From: Fimbriimonadales bacterium
GTDB taxonomy: Bacteria > Armatimonadota > Fimbriimonadia > Fimbriimonadales > ATM1
Direction: 5' to 3'
Assembly: GCA_041744215.1 (NCBI GenBank)
Contig: JBGTLG010000006.1
Location: forward strand, 165,632 to 229,631
DNA length: 64,000 bases
Made by a program: the position numbers and the translations under genes. A model generated the notes under the pieces. That model was not told the origin of the DNA and searched no databases. It saw nothing but the letters and a program-made list of their open reading frames with translations. Below, in pieces: positions 28,659 through 37,571 of the stretch. The stretch's first letter is position 1. Every line of letters begins with the position of its first letter.

Positions 28659-28871
28659 TCACAGCCAATCAAGCCAACTCTTAGTGCAAAGATAGAGCCC
28701 GCAATTCTCGCAAAGAAATGACGCTCGCCACTTGATAAGAATCAGCACACCTACCGGAGGGAGCATAACAGCGACCCAAGGGTCTGCCAGTTGGCTCGAA
28801 CAGAATCGATCAAAGAGACCGGGACGACGGAGTTTCGATGAGCCGCATCTCGGGCAAGCATGCACTTTCAC
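28659..28871 (-). CDS. Small Zn-ribbon/membrane hypothetical protein
   Basis: CPRC...hydrophobic segment...CENC; GTGA overlap with the upstream ORF. Confidence 0.55.
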   Translation of the reverse strand: MKVHACPRCGSSKLRRPGLFDRFCSSQLADPWVAVMLPPVGVLILIKWRASFLCENCGLYLCTKSWLDWL

Positions 28872-29335
28872 TTGCGCTGATGCCTCGGAGCTTCAAGCGC
28901 ATCTACGGATCGCAACGACATCCGCCGTCTTACCAGCAAGAGAACGACTCCCGCGACAAGGGAAGCAATGCCTTCGGTGTAGTACTGAGTTGACCCAGCT
29001 CGTACGCAAAAGTCCATGAGCTTTCTTAGTGTGCTTCGCTTTTCCGCGAACTTGGACTGATCTGCGTCGGGATTCTGGCGAAAGAACTCTTGCTCTGACT
29101 GTATCGCGCCATCTCTAATGCTGGTTATTTCTTTTGATCTGATTGGAGCGGCTATCAACAGCGCAATGCCAACTAAGAGCATCAGTGTGCCTGATACGCT
29201 GATAAACGGAACTGCGGAATATCTACTTTCTCGAGATTCCACGTTTCTGAAAGATCGCCTGTGTTTTCCCTTCAGGCATTCATTGTCAAGTGATTTACCG
29301 GCCACCGGTCGGTATGCGAGCATCGGACTTTTCAA
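28868..29335 (-). CDS. Hypothetical two-TM membrane protein (start uncertain)
   Basis: Two hydrophobic segments; coupled to the downstream ORF; begins inside repeat copy 2. Confidence 0.55.
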   Translation of the reverse strand: MKSPMLAYRPVAGKSLDNECLKGKHRRSFRNVESRESRYSAVPFISVSGTLMLLVGIALLIAAPIRSKEITSIRDGAIQSEQEFFRQNPDADQSKFAEKRSTLRKLMDFCVRAGSTQYYTEGIASLVAGVVLLLVRRRMSLRSVDALEAPRHQRK

Positions 29336-29373
29336 TGTACCTCTACCCGTTCATGGCGAGTGGAGGGACAGAA
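29311..29373. repeat. 63-bp direct repeat, copy 2
   Basis: 60/63 identical to 27812-27874. Confidence 0.95.
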
Positions 29374-29496
29374 CTGCACACACCGGCAGCATGGATATGA
29401 AGATTCGCGTTTGGGCTGTGCCGAACTAAGCTCGGGGAACGGCTGGGGTCTGTTCGCCGGGCCAGGTATCGCGGATTGGCGTAGAATCGGGGGCGT

Positions 29497-30639
29497 ATGG
29501 GTTTGACGATCCGCGAGTTTCGTGAGGCTGACACTTCGGCTCTTTCTCGGCTTTGGTCTTTGGCTTTTCGGAGCGGCAAGCCTCGTGAGTCGGACGAGCC
29601 GATTGTCGAGGGGAATTCGGTTTACGTTGCGGAGGTTGACGGGGAGGTTTGCGGCGGTTTCACTATCGAGCACATGGACGCGACTCGCGGTGATGCGGTT
29701 TTGCGTTGTGGCGGTGTTGCTGGTGTTGCGGTTTTGCCTGAGTCGCGTTTTTCTGGGATTGGCCGCGAGATGATGCGGTTTGGTTTGGAACGGATGCGTT
29801 CGGATGGTTATGCGCTTTCTTCTTTGTATCCTTTTAAGGAGGGTTATTACCGTCGGCTTGGGTATGAGGTTGCGGGCCAGCGGTTTCGGATCAGTGTTGA
29901 TGCTGATCGTCTTCCTGCTGTTTCTTCTGAGTTGGCGATTCGCGCGGGGGGGGCTGGAGATTGGGAGGCTTTCGCTGAGGTTTATGGTGTTTTCGCTCGG
30001 CGCTATTCGGGTATGTGGACGCGGTCGGAAATGTATTGGCGGGATTTTTTGAAGGAGCGTTCGCCTGCGGGCGTTGCTTACTTGCTTGGCGATCCTGCTG
30101 AGGGTTATGTTGCTGTTCCTCAGCTTGGGGACTTTTGGGGTGAGACATCTGCGCGCGAGGTTGTTTGGACGACGCCGGGGGGGTATCGGGCTGCGCTTTG
30201 CGTTTTGAAGAATTTGGGTGTGAATCGGAAGCGGATGACTTGGTTCGAGCCTTCGGACAGCCCTTATCTGGCGCAGTTTTTCGACTATGGCGCTGCGGTT
30301 TCGCTGGATCGTCAGATCATGTTTCGTGTTGTGGATGTTGCGGCGGCGCTTGGGGGTTTGCGCGCGGAGGCGGAGGGGGAGTTTTCGGTGGAGGTTTTGG
30401 ATGATGGGCTTGCAGAGAACCGGGGTCCTTGGCTGGTTCGGTTTGGCGGGGATGGGGTTTTTGTTGAGCGTACGGATTCGGCTGATTTTCGGATTGGGAT
30501 TGGGGCGTTTTCTCAGGCGGTGCTGGGTCAGCCGTCGCTTGATCGTCTTGCGGCGCATGGGCTGGTATCGGGTGGGAATGTGGAGGCTGCGTGCCGGCTT
30601 CTGACGCCGATGCCTGCGTGCTGCTACAACTTTTTCTGA
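29497..30639 (+). CDS. Eis-like GNAT acetyltransferase with C-terminal SCP2-like domain
   Basis: GVAGVAVLPESRFSGIG, SSLYPF..GYYRRLGY, MFRVVDVAAAL. Confidence 0.9.
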   Translation: MGLTIREFREADTSALSRLWSLAFRSGKPRESDEPIVEGNSVYVAEVDGEVCGGFTIEHMDATRGDAVLRCGGVAGVAVLPESRFSGIGREMMRFGLERMRSDGYALSSLYPFKEGYYRRLGYEVAGQRFRISVDADRLPAVSSELAIRAGGAGDWEAFAEVYGVFARRYSGMWTRSEMYWRDFLKERSPAGVAYLLGDPAEGYVAVPQLGDFWGETSAREVVWTTPGGYRAALCVLKNLGVNRKRMTWFEPSDSPYLAQFFDYGAAVSLDRQIMFRVVDVAAALGGLRAEAEGEFSVEVLDDGLAENRGPWLVRFGGDGVFVERTDSADFRIGIGAFSQAVLGQPSLDRLAAHGLVSGGNVEAACRLLTPMPACCYNFF

Positions 30640-30721
30640 TGGTGGATTTTGGGCGGTGTTGTTGCGGCGGGGTGGTGTTTTGGCGGGGTCTGCCGAAGGG
30701 AAGAGGGTGCAATCAGTGACG

Positions 30722-31588
30722 ATGTCGGTTCAGAATCTAGGGATGGCAGGTGGGCTTCGGGCGGTTTTGTTCAGTTTGGGGCTTTTGTGCGCCGGTTCGC
30801 TGGCGTATGTAGTGACGCGTGCGGTAATCGGCTCTCCGGGCTCAGTTTCGGTGGCTGCTGGTGCGGGGGAGGTTTCGGCTTCGCTGCCGGTTGGGGCTCC
30901 TGCTCGGCCTGCCGCGGCTGCTTCGCAGCAGCCTGCGCCTGCCTCGCAGCAGCCTGCGCCTGCTGCTCCGACTGGTTTTATTGTTTGTCTGGATCCTGGG
31001 CATCCGAGCGAGGTTAACGACGGGATGCACAAAGTGAACGGTTTGAGCGAGACGGAAGTTAACTGGGATGTGTCTTTGCGGATCAAGAAGATTCTCGAGC
31101 ACAACGGTGTGAAAGTTGTGATGACGAAATCGAAGATGGAGGAGAAGGTTACGAACAAGCAGCGCGCTGCGATTGCGAATGGCGCGAAGGCGCATTTGAT
31201 GCTTCGGATTCATGCGGATGCAGGCGGCGGCACAGGATTCACGATTTTTTATCCGCGCAAGCAAGGAACGAAGGACGGCGTGAAGGGCCCTTCGCAAGCT
31301 GTGATGCAAACGTCTGCTGTTGCCGCGAAGCATATGCACGCTGCGATGGCCGACCGTTTGAAGGGACAGTTGAAGGATAACGGTTTGCGCGGCGACGAGC
31401 AATCGTATGTTGGACAGCAGCAAGGCGCTTTTACCGGATCGATCTTTAGTCAGGTGCCGGTGATGCTGATCGAGATGTGTTTTCTCGACAACAAGAAAGA
31501 TGCAGATTGGATTCGCATTGAAGCGAACAAGAACCTAATGGCGCACGCGATCGCGAGCGGCGCGATTAACTATTTGAGGAGCAGATGA
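30722..31588 (+). CDS. N-acetylmuramoyl-L-alanine amidase (Amidase_3), membrane-anchored
   Basis: LDPGH, E..VN, RIHAD, LIEMCFLDN; N-terminal TM and Pro/Ala linker; start uncertain. Confidence 0.9.
   Translation: MSVQNLGMAGGLRAVLFSLGLLCAGSLAYVVTRAVIGSPGSVSVAAGAGEVSASLPVGAPARPAAAASQQPAPASQQPAPAAPTGFIVCLDPGHPSEVNDGMHKVNGLSETEVNWDVSLRIKKILEHNGVKVVMTKSKMEEKVTNKQRAAIANGAKAHLMLRIHADAGGGTGFTIFYPRKQGTKDGVKGPSQAVMQTSAVAAKHMHAAMADRLKGQLKDNGLRGDEQSYVGQQQGAFTGSIFSQVPVMLIEMCFLDNKKDADWIRIEANKNLMAHAIASGAINYLRSR
30923..30963 (+). repeat. In-frame 21-nt tandem duplication encoding the SQQPAPA linker
   Basis: TCGCAGCAGCCTGCGCCTGC occurs twice. Confidence 0.85.
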
Positions 31589-32175
31589 GCGATCACCCGA
31601 GACCTTACGACCCTGAGGACCCGCCGCGATACGGCGAGTGGGTTTGGGTTGGTGGTCTCGGAGCGAGTGCTACACCGGCGGCTCGAAAGGGTGTGCCGAA
31701 GATTTGGATTGCCATTTTGGTTACGCTGGCGCTCGTTGCGTGGGCTGTGATGGCGTTTCGCGGTTGCGAGCGAACGGCACCAAGCGGTGCGGAGCTTGTG
31801 TTTGGGGCGAAGTCGCTTGGTGATGATGGGGTTCTGCGAGGGCGGCTGGTAATCGATGTTCCGGACGGGAAGTTTATCGATGCTGGTTTGGATGGCGACG
31901 AATTGGGTGCGAATCTGGTTTTGAGCGCGAAGATCGGGGCGAATGTCATGGAAGTGGTGCCGGCGCAGAAGAAGTACATACAACCTGAAGTGACGCGCGA
32001 GGTCGATGGTCGCGTGCTGTTAGGTGGCAAAGTAAACGTTTCCGTTGCGTTGCGTGGGGCAAAGGAGTTTTTGCCGAACGATGTAACTGTGAGTTTCAAG
32101 ACTACATTGGTTGATCGCGATGGCGACGCGCAGGATGAGCTATCGGGTACAGATACGGTGAGGTTTGAAGACTAA
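31585..32175 (+). CDS. Hypothetical single-pass membrane protein
   Basis: ATGA overlap with the amidase; one TM followed by a beta-rich domain. Confidence 0.7.
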   Translation: MSDHPRPYDPEDPPRYGEWVWVGGLGASATPAARKGVPKIWIAILVTLALVAWAVMAFRGCERTAPSGAELVFGAKSLGDDGVLRGRLVIDVPDGKFIDAGLDGDELGANLVLSAKIGANVMEVVPAQKKYIQPEVTREVDGRVLLGGKVNVSVALRGAKEFLPNDVTVSFKTTLVDRDGDAQDELSGTDTVRFED

Positions 32176-32176
32176 G

Positions 32177-32914
32177 ATGTCTACAAGGGCGGCGTTGCTC
32201 AATTCCGACATGTTTGCTGCGCACACCGAACCGGGATTGCGCGAGACGAACGAGGATGCGACGTCGATTCTGATTGCGGGAGATGGAACCGCTGCGCTGA
32301 TCGTCGTCGCTGACGGCATGGGTGGACAGGCTCATGGGGAGACTGCGAGCAAAATCGCGACGACGGTTTTCGAGACGTTTTTTGCGGAAGTGGGTTTTGG
32401 TACGCCCGCGGAATCGCTTGACGAAGCGATGGAGATAGCTCAAAGCGCGATCGTCGAAGCTGCGAAGAAGGATCCTAAGAAGGCAGGTATGGGAACGACT
32501 GTTGTCGCGGCCATAATCACGGCGAATACTGTGTACGTCGCGCACGTTGGGGACAGCCGAGCTTTGCAGTTTCGGGGCGATGTCGTTCGGCGCTTGACTC
32601 GCGATCACTTGTTCGTCATCGATACGCTTGGGATACCTGAGAACAAAGCAAAGTCACATCGCATGGGGAATGTTCTGAGCCAGGTTGTGGGAAGCGAGGA
32701 TGGAATTCGCCCAACGATCAGCGAGTTTGATTTGCAGCCCAATGATTCGATCTTGCTCGTGAGTGATGGAGTGAGTGAGAAAGTTGGGGAAGATCGCATG
32801 TATCGCATTTTGTCGACGCTGCCTCCTCGGAGCGCTGCGCGCGAGCTGGTTGATGCCGCTCTTCGAAGTGGCAGCCGGGACAACTGCACGGTGGTCGTTG
32901 CACGGATCCCTTAG
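32177..32914 (+). CDS. PP2C-family Ser/Thr protein phosphatase
   Basis: NED, VADGMGG, HVGDSR, LTRDH, SDGV, DNCT. Confidence 0.93.
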   Translation: MSTRAALLNSDMFAAHTEPGLRETNEDATSILIAGDGTAALIVVADGMGGQAHGETASKIATTVFETFFAEVGFGTPAESLDEAMEIAQSAIVEAAKKDPKKAGMGTTVVAAIITANTVYVAHVGDSRALQFRGDVVRRLTRDHLFVIDTLGIPENKAKSHRMGNVLSQVVGSEDGIRPTISEFDLQPNDSILLVSDGVSEKVGEDRMYRILSTLPPRSAARELVDAALRSGSRDNCTVVVARIP

Positions 32915-32941
32915 CTTGGCTGCTTGACGTAAACTACGCGA

Positions 32942-33337
32942 GTGTTTCCGTTGCTGAACATTGTGTTCTTTGTGTTCCATACGGCGTTGATTCTATTCAA
33001 CGTTTTCGGATGGATTCCCAAACGCACGCGCAAGTGGAACCTGCTCGCGCTCTTCATTACTCTTGCGAGTTGGGTGGGTATGGGCTTTTGCTATGGTATG
33101 GGTTACTGCGTTTGCACGGATTGGCACTGGGAAGTGCGCAAAAACATGGGGATTGTCGAGGACGCGGACACTTTCATTGTGTTATTGGTGCGAACCGTTT
33201 CCGGTTGGGATCCGCCCATCGATCTTGTCAACACCGTCGCGATGTGGGTTTTCATCGCTGCCTTCCTAATGAGCGTCGCATTGAATGGCAGGGATTGGGT
33301 GGTCTCTCGGCGATCTGCATCACGAAGCACTATCTAA
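32942..33337 (+). CDS. DUF2784-like membrane protein
   Basis: FHTALILFNVFGW, YCVCTDWHW; several TMs. Confidence 0.7.
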   Translation: MFPLLNIVFFVFHTALILFNVFGWIPKRTRKWNLLALFITLASWVGMGFCYGMGYCVCTDWHWEVRKNMGIVEDADTFIVLLVRTVSGWDPPIDLVNTVAMWVFIAAFLMSVALNGRDWVVSRRSASRSTI

Positions 33338-33763
33338 GAAGACAGCTCTAATCGAATCGCGCAATTCGCCGTAACATTCTTCTGAAAATGATGGCGCGGC
33401 GTCCCAGTCGTAACTCCAGATTGGCTTCGTTCTTAAGTGATCTGGTTCGTCTAAGTATCTTGGGATGACGTGTGCATGCAGCGCTGGATCGAGATTACCT
33501 AAAATCTCGTAGTTGATCCTTGCCGCTCCGGTAACGGCCAGCAGCGCGTCACCGAGTGCGGCCATGTCGTGAAGAAATTGTTTGCGTTGATCGCCTTGTA
33601 ACGCGTTGAGGTGTGGCGGAATCGGGTCGGGCAGCAGGAGGCAGTATCCGCGCAGGACTTGCTTGTCGGCGAGAATCGCAAATCCCGAGGGCATTTGAGC
33701 GATCAATTGAGGATAATCGCCGGACTTGCATTGCTCCACCCGGCGATGAATGGCGGTTGGCAT
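33320..33763 (-). CDS. HIT family protein
   Basis: RINYEILGN..PALHAHVIPR. Confidence 0.85.
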   Translation of the reverse strand: MPTAIHRRVEQCKSGDYPQLIAQMPSGFAILADKQVLRGYCLLLPDPIPPHLNALQGDQRKQFLHDMAALGDALLAVTGAARINYEILGNLDPALHAHVIPRYLDEPDHLRTKPIWSYDWDAAPSFSEECYGELRDSIRAVFLDSAS

Positions 33764-33821
33764 ACGCCTAGGTTACCGGGTGGCGCAACTTGGCGTGCTA
33801 CTCAGCCGGTAAGCTTCAAGA

Positions 33822-34730
33822 ATGCGTTCAGAGCCATCGCGAAAGAAAATCCGCGCTGCATCCGTTTCGGTGCTCTCGAACACAGTCATCACCGCGGCAA
33901 AGATAGTGGCGGCGTTCCTGTCGGGTTCCGTATCGGTGCTGTCGGAGGCACTTCACAGTGTGGGCGATATCTTGGCGAGTGTTTTCGCATTGATCAGCGT
34001 TCGCATCTCCGATAAGCCCGCGGACGATAGCCACCCGTTTGGCCACGGGAAGATAGAGCCTTTTGCCGGTTTTACAGAGGCGCTTCTGCTTCTTGTCGCT
34101 GCAGTCTGGGTTGGATACGAGGCAATCGTACGTCTGTCGAACCCTGAGCCGATCGCGGTGGACATCGCCTTATGGGTGATTGTCGGGGCAGCTTTACTCA
34201 ACGTGTTTGTTGGTCGCTACCTGTCACAAACAGCAGAAGAAACGGACAGCGACGCGCTACGCGCAGATGCCGCGCATATCAAAGCGGATGTCTTGACGAG
34301 TGCGGGCGTGGTTGTTGCGCTTCTGCTCGTCAAGCTCACTGGCGAACTGTATTGGGATCCGCTCATTGCGCTGCTTCTGTCGGCCTGGATTCTCTTTACT
34401 GCTTGCAGAATCGCATACAGCGCTGTCAATCAGTTGATGGATATCGCATTGCCTCAGGAAGAGATTGAGAAGATCGAGACGATTCTCAATGGTGATCGTC
34501 GCGTGAAAGGATTTCACCAATTGCGCACGCGAAAGATCGGCTCGCATCGCCATATTGACGCGCACATATTGCTTGACGACGAGCTTAGCTTGGTGGCCGC
34601 GCACGACATTACGGAGGAGATCGAGGACCAAGTGAGGGCTGCGCTCGACAATGTCTCCATTTCTCTCCACATGGAGCCGCACCTCGAAGAGCTGCGCCAT
34701 CGCCGGGAAGAACACCCGGACAGGAAGTAG
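33822..34730 (+). CDS. Cation diffusion facilitator (FieF-like)
   Basis: SEALHS..D, HPFGHGKIE, HIKAD, C-terminal dimerisation domain ending HMEP. Confidence 0.93.
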   Translation: MRSEPSRKKIRAASVSVLSNTVITAAKIVAAFLSGSVSVLSEALHSVGDILASVFALISVRISDKPADDSHPFGHGKIEPFAGFTEALLLLVAAVWVGYEAIVRLSNPEPIAVDIALWVIVGAALLNVFVGRYLSQTAEETDSDALRADAAHIKADVLTSAGVVVALLLVKLTGELYWDPLIALLLSAWILFTACRIAYSAVNQLMDIALPQEEIEKIETILNGDRRVKGFHQLRTRKIGSHRHIDAHILLDDELSLVAAHDITEEIEDQVRAALDNVSISLHMEPHLEELRHRREEHPDRK

Positions 34731-34739
34731 ACTACGCCT

Positions 34740-37571
34740 ATGCCGAATCCGGCGCCGGTGGCCATCGTGCTGGGGCTGCCTGGCTACGATTCGATCCGAC
34801 AGATTACAGGGCGCTTTGCAGAGTCGCGAGGGTCAATCCTCACGTCGACGAACAATGCCGCGCTCGTTCACGCGCGCAGTCTTGTGCTTGAGCATGCTGA
34901 CGGCCGATTCAAGTTCGAGGACAGTGAAATCGAGATCAAGGGCTTGGGCGAACTCGCCCGCGTCTTTTGCGAGTTTTGCGATGTTCAGGTTGCCCCGGTC
35001 GCTTCTTCGGAAGTGCAAGCAGCAGTAGCGTCTGTCGCATCCGCATCTCTGCCGCCAGTCAGTCCGTTCTATGATTCGCGAGAACTTGCAGGCTTTCACG
35101 ATGCACTCACAAGCACATTGCAGGAATTACGTCGCTACAGGATTTCGTCGCGAGCGCTGGAGAAGGTTGGGCCGAAGACTGAAGCAGTCGCGTCGCTTGT
35201 CGACGCATTCGAAAGTGCTCTCAGTGATCATCGATTAACGACGCTTTCGCATCGCCTCGAGGACATTGTGTCGTCGGCCCCTGCTGGTCCCAACGGTTTG
35301 CGGCACGTGTTCTGGATTGGTGAAACGGAGTGGCCGCCGCTGATGTTCGATTTTGTTCGATGGATCGCCGCGGCCGGCATCCGAGTGACCGTCTTAGCCG
35401 AACGGCATCCGACTGACGACACATTCTATGCTGGGTCGAAAGAGCTGGTGGCGCAACTGCCTCAAGCGACTGTGGAGGTGCTGGCTCAAGAGGCAACTCC
35501 TCATGCTGGCGTCTTTGGAGCCCGTCGGCTTGAACCTTCCAACGTGCAGATCGTGCACATGCCAGATGCTGTAGTGGAGTGCGAACGGGCGGTATCTCAT
35601 GCGATGGAGCTGGACTGTACGATCTACTCCCGCAGCGTTCAGGAATATGCACCGTACCTGTATGCTGCGGCAACCCGAGCTGGACTGAGAATGAACATTG
35701 AGATCCAGCAACCCTTGTTGGACAACGCATTCGCACGACACTTCCTTGATGCCGTAACCGCAGTTTCCGCGGGCTCGATCGAGTCTACAGCCAGACTTGC
35801 ACTGAGCAGTTACTCAGGCATTCCCCATAAACGTCGAGAGGATGTTTACTCAACGGTTCGCATGTCACTTCGCTCCGGCGACCCATGGGGGGATTTGGAA
35901 TCGGGAATCGACGGAGTTCCGTTGTGGTTCGCGCAGCTCGCGGAGTGGCGTCGAAACGCTCTCGACTCCGACAAAACACTTACTGACTGGGTTTTGCAAT
36001 TGAAGCAGCTAACGTCAAGGATGCCGTGGCTGGATGCAAGCGTCGCTGTGGAATCCGAGACTAAGGAGCGAGACCTTGCTGCGCAGGATTCGATGATCCG
36101 AAGTTTGGAAGTGAGCAAGATTAGCGCTGACCCTCGGCGCAGGATGTCCCTCTCCGAGTTTGCAAGACACTTGGATGAAGTGTGGCGTCGCGCCCACTGC
36201 TGGTCCCGGGAGCGCGGGGACGTGCAGGTTGTTCGATCACCATGGGAGATAGGTGACGCAAACGTGCTCACCGCCGTCGGCTTGGTCGAGGGTCGGTTCC
36301 CAAAGCGACGGGCGGAAGATCCCTTGCTGCTTGACGTTGATCGAAGACAGCTCTCGCTGCCGGACAGCTACCGAAAAGCTGAAGAGGAGAGTCGGGAGTT
36401 TCACCGCTTGGCGTGCTCAGCCGAAAGATTGATTCTCACTTATCCGGAGACTTTTGACGAAGGTGAGCAAGTTGAGTCGTCCTTCCTCGACGATATTGGC
36501 GGAGTTCGGTCGGCAGTTACACTTGAACGAAGGTTTCCGACGCCAGCCGATGCGCGGTGCGCCGCCGATTTGCTCGCTGCGGAGTCGTGGTATGGCACCG
36601 ACCCCGATGTCTCAGTCGCCGTAGTTGAGCGCGAGCAGATCTCTGTAGCAGTTGAGAACTCACGAATCGACCGAATCGAATCGGATGACGTCGCTTCTCG
36701 GTTGCACGTGCTCCCCCGTCCGCTCGTTGCAAGACACCTTCGTGCGCTCACTCGCTGTGCATTTCAGTACCTCTGTGGCGCGAAGCTTGGTTTGCGACAG
36801 AATCGGAACACCGCGGCTTGGGGTCAGCTTGCAGAAGTAGTGAGAAGAACTAATCTTGGAGATTGTCCGAATGTCGAAATCCTAAAGCAGAAGTTAAGGG
36901 AGTCGTTACTAGCTCAGATCGAGGAAATGCGTGGGCGGATTGAGGAGGATGAGTTGGTAGTGCTAAGTGTGGCCGGACCACGCGCTCTCGATGAGTTTGC
37001 GGAGCGCGAGTTTGCTGCGCGGGAGGTATGGGGGACGATTCCTACACGGCAGAATGTCTCGCTGCAAGACGCGGGGTTTCGCACTACAATTCCGACGCCT
37101 GCTGGCGAGGTGGTGTTCGATGAGACTATCGATGTTCTGTATCGCCGAGGCGACGACTCGATGCCGCTTCGATTCGCATATGTTTCGCCTTCTACCGAAG
37201 AGGAAGTCTTTTTCGAGGATGTTTCGCTCCTGTTCGCAATGAACCCGTCAGCTGACAAGGAAAGATTGGCGGCCATCGATAGCCTTGAAACGGGAACTCG
37301 AAGGGCGATCGCGAGGCTAAAACAATCGCGCGAGGCCGACCTTCGCTCAGCAGCGCACAGGGGTTTACGCTCAACTACTTCGATTGAATCTGCAAAGTCG
37401 GCGCTCGATTGGATTGCCGCTCACCTGAAGCAGCAGATTCATATCGCTACGAAAGGTGACTTTCGGCCAACTCCCGGTGAGCACTGCGAGCGATGTCGCT
37501 TCGCCCCGCTGTGTCGAAGCGCGCGCAATGCGCGCCTAGTCGCAAACGAGCAAACCGAGGCCATCGAATGA
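34740..37571 (+). CDS. addB: AddB-like protein (inactive helicase scaffold + degenerate PD-(D/E)XK domain, 4-Cys Fe-S ligands)
   Basis: GLVEGRFP, ERLILTYP, RCAFQY...CERCRFAPLC; ATGA-coupled to an UvrD helicase. Confidence 0.75.
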   Translation: MPNPAPVAIVLGLPGYDSIRQITGRFAESRGSILTSTNNAALVHARSLVLEHADGRFKFEDSEIEIKGLGELARVFCEFCDVQVAPVASSEVQAAVASVASASLPPVSPFYDSRELAGFHDALTSTLQELRRYRISSRALEKVGPKTEAVASLVDAFESALSDHRLTTLSHRLEDIVSSAPAGPNGLRHVFWIGETEWPPLMFDFVRWIAAAGIRVTVLAERHPTDDTFYAGSKELVAQLPQATVEVLAQEATPHAGVFGARRLEPSNVQIVHMPDAVVECERAVSHAMELDCTIYSRSVQEYAPYLYAAATRAGLRMNIEIQQPLLDNAFARHFLDAVTAVSAGSIESTARLALSSYSGIPHKRREDVYSTVRMSLRSGDPWGDLESGIDGVPLWFAQLAEWRRNALDSDKTLTDWVLQLKQLTSRMPWLDASVAVESETKERDLAAQDSMIRSLEVSKISADPRRRMSLSEFARHLDEVWRRAHCWSRERGDVQVVRSPWEIGDANVLTAVGLVEGRFPKRRAEDPLLLDVDRRQLSLPDSYRKAEEESREFHRLACSAERLILTYPETFDEGEQVESSFLDDIGGVRSAVTLERRFPTPADARCAADLLAAESWYGTDPDVSVAVVEREQISVAVENSRIDRIESDDVASRLHVLPRPLVARHLRALTRCAFQYLCGAKLGLRQNRNTAAWGQLAEVVRRTNLGDCPNVEILKQKLRESLLAQIEEMRGRIEEDELVVLSVAGPRALDEFAEREFAAREVWGTIPTRQNVSLQDAGFRTTIPTPAGEVVFDETIDVLYRRGDDSMPLRFAYVSPSTEEEVFFEDVSLLFAMNPSADKERLAAIDSLETGTRRAIARLKQSREADLRSAAHRGLRSTTSIESAKSALDWIAAHLKQQIHIATKGDFRPTPGEHCERCRFAPLCRSARNARLVANEQTEAIE

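Noticed and set aside
27812-29373. CRISPR array or classical integron attC interpretation of the 63-bp repeat
   Set aside because: Only two copies 1.5 kb apart, no cas or intI genes, and no RYYYAAC/GTTRRRY ends
22378-29400. tRNA-Lys-anchored integrative element
   Set aside because: No duplicated tRNA 3' end was found by eye and there is no integrase
29332-30558. 408-aa minus-strand ORF and other long overlapping ORFs around 29.5-31.4 kb
   Set aside because: Shadow frames of the Eis-like and amidase genes; the extreme skew depletes stop codons and yields low-complexity R/P/N/K/T text
34725-34740. AAGTAGAC upstream of addB as a LexA half-site
   Set aside because: Better explained as the TAGACT -10 element and CDF stop codon; no second arm
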